A stretch of 64,000 bases of DNA. It comes from Heteronotia binoei. Taxonomy: Eukaryota. The stretch spans positions 39,308,001-39,372,000 of the forward strand of contig NC_083229.1 in assembly GCF_032191835.1 (NCBI RefSeq), in the 5' to 3' direction. The position numbers were made by a program, and so were the translations under genes. The notes under the pieces were generated by a model. It saw only the letters and a list, made by a program, of their open reading frames with translations, was not told the origin of the DNA and did no database searches. Shown piece by piece: positions 57,242-64,000 of the stretch. Every line of letters starts with the position of its first letter. Position 1 is the stretch's first letter.

Positions 57242-58240
57242 ATTATGGCACATTCCAACCATCCTGTACTCAGTTGTGGAAATGTGGCAATGCAAACATC
57301 TGTGAGGATCACATGCAACCCCCCTTGCTCAGTTCTTTTTCGGCTCTTCCCTATTTATACTCTGTCACCATCTTCTTGCTAAGAAACCTGCAACATAGGG
57401 CACAACAGGGAGAGCTGAAATCTTTAATTATCGTCATTACTAACTGCAGTGTACAGTTTGGCCCCAACAAGCAAAGACACCATAGATAGAAATTCTTTGG
57501 CTTTTCCTTCCAGCCCTACAGTAGGTGTTTGTGAAAGAAAAATGGTCTTTTCATTCTAGTTTTTAACTCTGATTTTCAAGACAAAGCTACCATGGCTGTC
57601 ATTTGACCAAGACCATGAATCTGCAACTGAAACAACCTCAGTAGCATAAAAATTAAATATGCCCTTTCTTTTATTACTGTTTACATCCTGCTTTTCTTCC
57701 TTCACAAAACTTAACAAAGCAAGGCAGTCCCCATCCAAGCACTAATAGGGCCTAGACATTTTAAGCTTCATCTGCCCAGCCATATTGGTCCCCTCCACCA
57801 AGCCATGCCCCAACCACCAATCAGCTGGCTAGTGGGAGGACTTACCAATAGAAAGAAGGCCTAGGATACATTGCTGGCATTGCACAGGAAGTTGCATCAT
57901 CATGCTTGCGACTTCCGGGTGACACTTTGGTATTGAGGCAAAAACTCTATGGAAGAAGCCAGTTTTACCGTAGACTTTTTGCCCAAACATCAGAGCATTA
58001 CCCAGAAGTTTCTGTAATGACGATGGCACTTCCTGCGCAATGCGTCACTTCCTGTGCCAGCAATGTGGCCTAGGCCTTCTTCTTTCTATTGTTAAGCCAC
58101 CCATCCCCTGCCATTTGCCAGGAGGGACCTGGCAACCCTATTCTGGAGCCTAGCCCTGATTGTTAATTTTTCTTAAATTATATTAAGAAATTGGCAGCTT
58201 AGAAAGACCTGCTAACACCACATTAATAACTTGAGCGGTC

Positions 58241-58669
58241 TGTAGGAATGAGTCATGATCTCTGGCCTAGAATGCAGGAAGAAGCCTACCTAGGAGTTGC
58301 TAGTGGGCCTACATTTCCCAGGATCCCTTCTGCCCCTTTGCTGGGCTGAAAGAAATTTTGGAGGGAAAACTTGCCCAGAGGGGTGAGACCTGGGAGGAAA
58401 GCATAAAAAGGCCAAGCTCCAGACAGGGTTGTTCTTTCTGGAAAGGCTGCAGTCTGAAGAGAAGGCAGCAGGAGAGAATCCCTCATCCAAGGAGGGTGAG
58501 TGAGTCTATTGGAATTAGAGAAAGGGAACATTTAGGTAGTTGTTTCCTTTACTGTTTCTATATTCATTGTAGCACTAAAAAGTTTTACAACCCGCATATT
58601 GTTTTTGAGCATTTATAATAAACCTGTTGTTATTATTAAACTGCCTGGGTCCTCACATCTCTTTGGTCA
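58241..58669 (+). mobile_element. Probable solo LTR
   Basis: TG...CA ends, 5-bp flanks cggtc/cggtt, TATA-like cataaaaa and AATAAA near 58616. Confidence 0.5.
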
Positions 58670-58889
58670 CGGTTAAAAGGTACTTGCTAATAAAGAAGAC
58701 AGGTGGATGGGTGCTCTGGGCCCACCCATGCAGACCCTCACCAGAGTGGTAGCAGCCAGTAGAGGCCCTCCATGGTCCCCTGCTGTGTGACAGAATGAAA
58801 GGGAGAGAGATTGCAAAGTTCCCCACAACTGCTTTGCAACACCATCGCAACCTTCTGACTGAGATATAAGGACTCAGATCTCCATTCCA

Positions 58890-58980
58890 GCTTGTATCTG
58901 ACAAAGGAAGCTTTGACTCGAAAGCTTCCACCCCCAAAATCTTGGTTTCTATGGTGCTACTGAACTTGAATCTAGCCATT
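58890..58980 (+). mobile_element. Penelope-type repeat, second subfamily
   Basis: gtatctgacaaaggaagctttgactcgaaagcttcc...tggtgctactgaacttgaatctag. Confidence 0.65.
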
Positions 58981-60273
58981 CTAGTACAGACCTACATGAC
59001 TACCCTCTGAAACTATCCCCACAACTGCTGTTACAGAAGTTCTTATATAGAACTACATCAAATATAGGTTGAAGATGCCACAGTTTCTACAGCAGAAGGA
59101 ATACCCAGGCATCCAACCAGTTCTTCAGGTCATGTGCTAATATAAAACACGACTTGGCATTTCCCACTGAAGGCTGCTACAGTTCAAAAGCCTTCTTCAA
59201 AGGTATGCCAACAAGAATTTATCAATAAACAAGGATTAGTTTGTTGAAATAAAACCAGTCTACTAACTTAGTATCCTTGAACTAAGATTTGCTTTGTTTT
59301 TCTTTTCCAGAATAAATAAAAAGTTACTTCTTGTGGGTGAGACTAAATGAAATTCAGAACATCTGTGACCAGAACCTGCCCTGAAGAAGGGAAATTGGAT
59401 CACAGCCACAACACTGGAAGAGGCAATTATCTCTGTAAGTCTTTACTCCAAATGAAGAATGCTATCCTGCAGAGGTCAAATAGCAATGTGTGTGTGGGGA
59501 GAAATGATTTCACAGAGGGAGAGCTACCTTTACTAATAACAGTCTTGGTATAGTTCATACAAACCTCTTCCATGGCTGCATTTACTGTTACAACAAACAA
59601 ACCCACAGGAGATCCTGACAAAAAATTTTCCATAAAGCGTCTAGTTGTGCCCTGCAATTTGATCAAGAAACTTAACCCAAATAAAGCTAAGATCTCCCAT
59701 TGATTTCTGTGGCACAAAGTAAACAGGCTGTTATTTTACAGCTGTGGGCATGTATGCAAAGTGTATCCCAGGACCAGGATCACCAACATTAAGCTTAACC
59801 TACCTGCCCCAGCGTTCCCAAATTTTCTCTAACTTTTTTTCCTTTGTAAGTGAATGACTGTCATTCATGCCACAGGAGACTCTAAAACTCCATAGTTCTA
59901 CCTGGAATAATGCTGACTCTAGCCTGAAGCAATATGTACTTACGTAAATACTTATATCCTGCCTTTCTCCCTGGTGGGAACCCACCAACGCATACAACAT
60001 CATTCTCCCATCTTCCATTTCATTCTCACAAGACTGGCCCAAGGTCACCCAACAAACATCCATAGTGGAGTGGTAGTTTGAACTTGGTCCTTCCAATGAT
60101 AGTTAGACACTCAAATCATAATACCATTTTATTTATTTATTGAATTCAATTTTTAAACTGCCCTTCCCTGTGGAACAGGGCTCAGAGTGGTGCACATTAA
60201 TGTAAAAGTACTTATATATAATAAAATCATATTTAAAATCCCTACCATATTACAGCAATAAATAACCTGTAGT

Positions 60274-60441
60274 CAGGGCTTTTTTTTGTAGCAGAAACAC
60301 CTTTGCATATTAGGCCACACACCCCTGATGTAGCCAATCCCCCAAGAGCTTACAGCAGGCCCTCTTGACCCTTGGAGAATTGGCTACATCAGAAATGTGT
60401 GGCCTAATATACAAAGGAGTTCCTGCTATAAAAAAGCCCTG
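60274..60441. mobile_element. Palindromic hAT-type MITE
   Basis: Palindrome; TSD cctgtagt/cctataat (6/8). Confidence 0.8.
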
Positions 60442-60479
60442 CCTATAATCAATAAGACAGCAATGAAACTGCTAAAAAT

Positions 60480-60720
60480 ATACCACTGCCTCATGGAGGA
60501 GGTAAGAGAAACAGGAGTGCCAGTAGATGGAAACTGTCGCTGCCCTCAACCAAATGCCTGGTTGAACATCTCTGCCTTGCATGTCCCGCAGAACTGCATT
60601 AAGTCCCACAGGGCATGGATGTTATTCAGCAGAGAGTTCCACCAGGTTGGGGGCAGGGCCAAAAACACCCTGACCCTGGTTGAGGATAGATAGATGCCAT
60701 CTCACTGGCACATTTAGGCC
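60480..60720 (-). mobile_element. L2 LINE fragment
   Basis: 'gagagttccaccaggttgggggc...gaccctgg' resembles the L2 3' region in antisense. Confidence 0.5.
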
Positions 60721-62032
60721 TTCACTCTATACATACCCTGCCTACAATAATTATAGCTATTTCACTAATCATGTTAGCCCCCACCCAAGTGGTTTAGAAG
60801 CAAGAAGGTAGAGCGAAGATTGCTTTCAGGCTTCAACATGCTAGAGGTGTAGTGAAGGGAAAAAAATCTCTTCATGAGCTATCAAATTAGGCACAGTTTT
60901 CTACTCAAATTAATTCTGACAAGTAATTGAACTGTACCTTATTGTGCATGAAATATCTTGAGCAAAGTAACCTTAAGGGTAAATGTCAGTATTGTAACTG
61001 CGTTTGACCTGTCTGTTTTCTAGTAAAATGATCATAAGTTTTTAAAAAGTCAATTATATCCTGCTCCACAGCTTCAGTACCTTCTGTCCTCTCCGTCCCT
61101 TGAAACTCCAAAAAGTTTAAGGAGAATAGTCTGTTGATAAACTCCATTTTTTCCTTTGTTAATCTTTAAATATACAGGTTAATTATCTGACAGCTGTGTA
61201 TGTTTAAACTTGTCATTCTTCCTTATGGATAAAAGAATCAAATAAAGATACTTTAAATGCCACTTCTAAAGACGTATTTTAGCATATTTGTATGGCATTT
61301 TATTGCACATGAAAGGTTCATCTGAGACTGTTGAAATAACACTTTTTCTCCAGTGCATCTTCTGCTGAAGTTAAATTATTGGAAATTAAGTAGAGAAGGA
61401 TCACATGAACACATAGTTGCTCTATCAGAATCAAGTCAGCTATTGTGTTATATGTTATGTTAACCCATGATTGGAAGGCACATGATCTGGCAGCCTGATT
61501 GAACCAAAGTAGATTCAGATCTGGCCAATGCCTGGAAGAAAAGCCCAACGTATGCAGTCTTGAGTTCCAAAGTGGAAGGAAAGGTAGAATACAAATTAAA
61601 ACAAAGAAGACTATTGCCAGTGCAAAGCAATTGTTAGCAATCTGCCCATCAAAAGGCAAATTATTACTAAGGAAAGTGATGCTTACTTGAACCTGGGAAA
61701 AAACCTCATTGAATATACTTGGAAACCCTTCTAAGCAAGCATGGCAAGGTGAGAAATTACAAGCAGAGCTTTTTTCTGAGGGGACACCAGTTCTGGAACC
61801 TTTTTGTGGAAACAAAATTCTCCAAAAATGTCTAAAAGTTCATGAGGGGCCCAGGGGAGCATGACCGTCTTTGATCCAACAAAGTATGTTAAAAAACAGT
61901 TGCTTCAAGATCATCATTCAGTGTTAGGCACCAAAAGCAAGACCCGGAAAAGAACTGAGGAAGTTGGTGACTGAAGTTTGGAAACTGCTTTAAAGCAGAG
62001 GTAAATCCACAGCTGTAAATAGTAAATCCATC

Positions 62033-62324
62033 TGCCCCGTGGTTCAGAGTGGTAAACTGCAGTACTGCGGTTGGAGCCCTCTGCTCACGACCTGAGTTCA
62101 ATCCCAGCGGAATCTGGTTCAGGTAGCTGGCTCCAGGTTGATTTAGCCTTCCATCCTTCCGAGGTCAGTAAAATGAGTACCCAGCTTGCTGGGGGGAAAG
62201 CATAGATGACTGGGAAAGGCAATACCAAACCCCATCAAAAGCCTGCCGTGAAAACGTTGTGAAAGCAACGTCACCCCAGAGTCAAAAACGACTGGTGCTT
62301 GCACAGGGGACTACCTTTACCTTT
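62033..62324 (+). mobile_element. Sauria-type SINE, full length
   Basis: Same family. Confidence 0.9.
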
Positions 62325-63664
62325 AAATCCATAGCACATTAAAACAATATTGTTTCAAAGAATCCCATGTGTTTCTCCTTCTTGAGAATTCCAACAACTC
62401 TTTTTCCAGAAAAAAAGTGCTGTCATTAAGAACAGTATTAGCGGCATCGCTAAGGTTTGTAGAAGGTATTAATCCCGCCCCCACACACAATTAAAAACCT
62501 CTAACTCCGACATCATTGTGTTGGATTCTGTTGAAGATACTGACAGTACTTACATTCAGTTTAGTTTATCCATCCAATATGGCCTTCACTGCAATTCCAA
62601 CAGCAGTGACACTATGGAACCAACATACTTTAGTTCCCACTGCCTCCAGTAGCCAGTATAGTATAGTGGTTAGAGAGCTGGATACCCAATTTCAAATCCG
62701 CCATGGAGAAGGCAATTTTGCCTTCCTTAATAGCAGGGCATGGAATATACAGTTGAGCAGACATTTTCTCAAACCAACACCTTGAATTTGGCATGGAAGG
62801 TAATGGATAATGGTGGCATTTTGCATGTCTGTAAAATCATGGTAAATGATTCTTGGTTATGGCCACAGACAGCAGACCTGCCACATTTTGGACTGGCTGA
62901 AGTTTTTGGACAGCCGCCATGAAAACTCTACACAGGACATATTACTGTAGTCAACAGTCCTTATGAACCAGAAGGGAGTCCAAAAGCTGATGCTCTTCTA
63001 ACCACAATCACCACCTGACAATCCAGGAGCAAATATTTCCAAAATTTATCTTTCAAGGCAAGTAGGATCTCTTCTAAGCAAAGATGGTCCGTAATGTTCT
63101 GAATGCTTGGCTCCACTATAAGCAACTCTCACAACTTTTAGACAGCATTTTTTTTAAATTGCCATTGTAGCTGCCAATTAATTGCAGCAGCACTGGGGCT
63201 TCCACATATCAAATGTCCTCACATTCTCTCTGCCCCAGCCCCCTACAGCCACCAATCCTGGGGGGAGGGTGTTTGTGCTTTTCAAATTTTTAAATAATTG
63301 ACAAATTATTATAACATAGCAATTTGTCAATCACTCACAATAACGCCCCCCCCAAAAAAAAACACATTCCAAATAAAATGCAGGGAGGGGAACATCAGCC
63401 ATGGGAGGCTGCAGCGCAGAAGATGGCACCAAGTGAGTAAAAGTGGGAAGATCTGGACTTTCCTCCCACCCTAGTTTTTAAAGAAAAACATGTTTAGGAA
63501 CTTAGGGAAAGCCATGAGATGCACAAGAGCAGCATGATGCTGTGTGGGAGTGAAACAAGACTCACTTCCCATTAACACAAAGCAGGAGCAAACAACCAGT
63601 GTGGAATCTACCTTTCTCTTGACCGGTCCAAGCGGGCAATCATGTTGGTCTGTATCGATACAAC

Positions 63665-63765
63665 AAAGAGTCCAGTGGAAGTGTGTGTGCGCACAAAAAC
63701 TCATACCTTGAATTACCTTTGTTGGTCTTAAAGGTGTCACTTGACTCTACCTTTGTTCTTATTTA
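63665..63765 (+). mobile_element. Penelope-type hammerhead repeat copy (degenerate)
   Basis: gaagtgtgtgtgcgcacaaaaactcatacc...ttgttggtcttaaaggtgtcacttgactc. Confidence 0.6.
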
Positions 63766-64000
63766 GACTGGGTTTCAGTTGATTCACCTTCATTCAGCCC
63801 ATCAATAATTCTGAACAGGTACTCCATGACCATACAACTAAACCTTCGTAAACATATGAAAGACAGCTCACCCTGCCTGCCCCTCCAATCCTGGAACAAT
63901 CTATACCAGCGGTTTTATGTAAATACTAACTCACATAGGAGAATGTAAGAGAATCTTCAGAGACTCTACAACATCACCACTGAGAAGTTGAACAGTAACC

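Noticed and set aside
61318-61815. 165-aa minus-strand ORF and coding-looking plus-strand fragments (WKKSPTYAVL..., EYTWKPF)
   Set aside because: No family recognised, several stops on the plus strand and no clear splice sites. A tBLASTx/Dfam search would be needed to show an old transposon or pseudogene.
56500-64000. ERICH5 exon 1 (MGCSSS...)
   Set aside because: No matching sequence seen; probably beyond the window end (or, less likely, in the N gap).

Overview
Vertebrate genomic DNA, most likely a squamate reptile (gecko-like, inferred from Sauria- and Squam3-type SINEs and hAT MITEs), with two N gaps. It carries the conserved POP1-RIDA-ERICH5 block. POP1 (minus strand) has 15 coding exons, 31805 down to 9831, giving a contiguous 980-aa frame with GT-AG junctions throughout. 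RIDA/HRSP12 (plus strand) has 6 exons, 34156-49810, 143 aa, and sits head-to-head with POP1 across a CpG-island bidirectional promoter. The last two recognisable coding exons of ERICH5 (minus strand) follow; its exon 1 was not found in the window. Introns and flanks hold SINEs, LINE fragments, MITEs, probable solo LTRs and an RPL35A processed pseudogene. The most notable observations are: (1) a perfect 68-bp templated inverted copy that brackets the POP1 start-codon exon; (2) many Penelope-type repeats carrying decayed minimal hammerhead ribozymes, some in tandem or inverted arrays; (3) a ~390-bp-arm fold-back insertion with a TSD; (4) a double-hairpin MITE; (5) a duplicated C-terminal extension of RIDA ending -KGNL; (6) an apparently lost splice acceptor in ERICH5. 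All coordinates and translations were read by eye. Comparisons with human proteins and repeat consensuses come from recalled knowledge, not from database searches.
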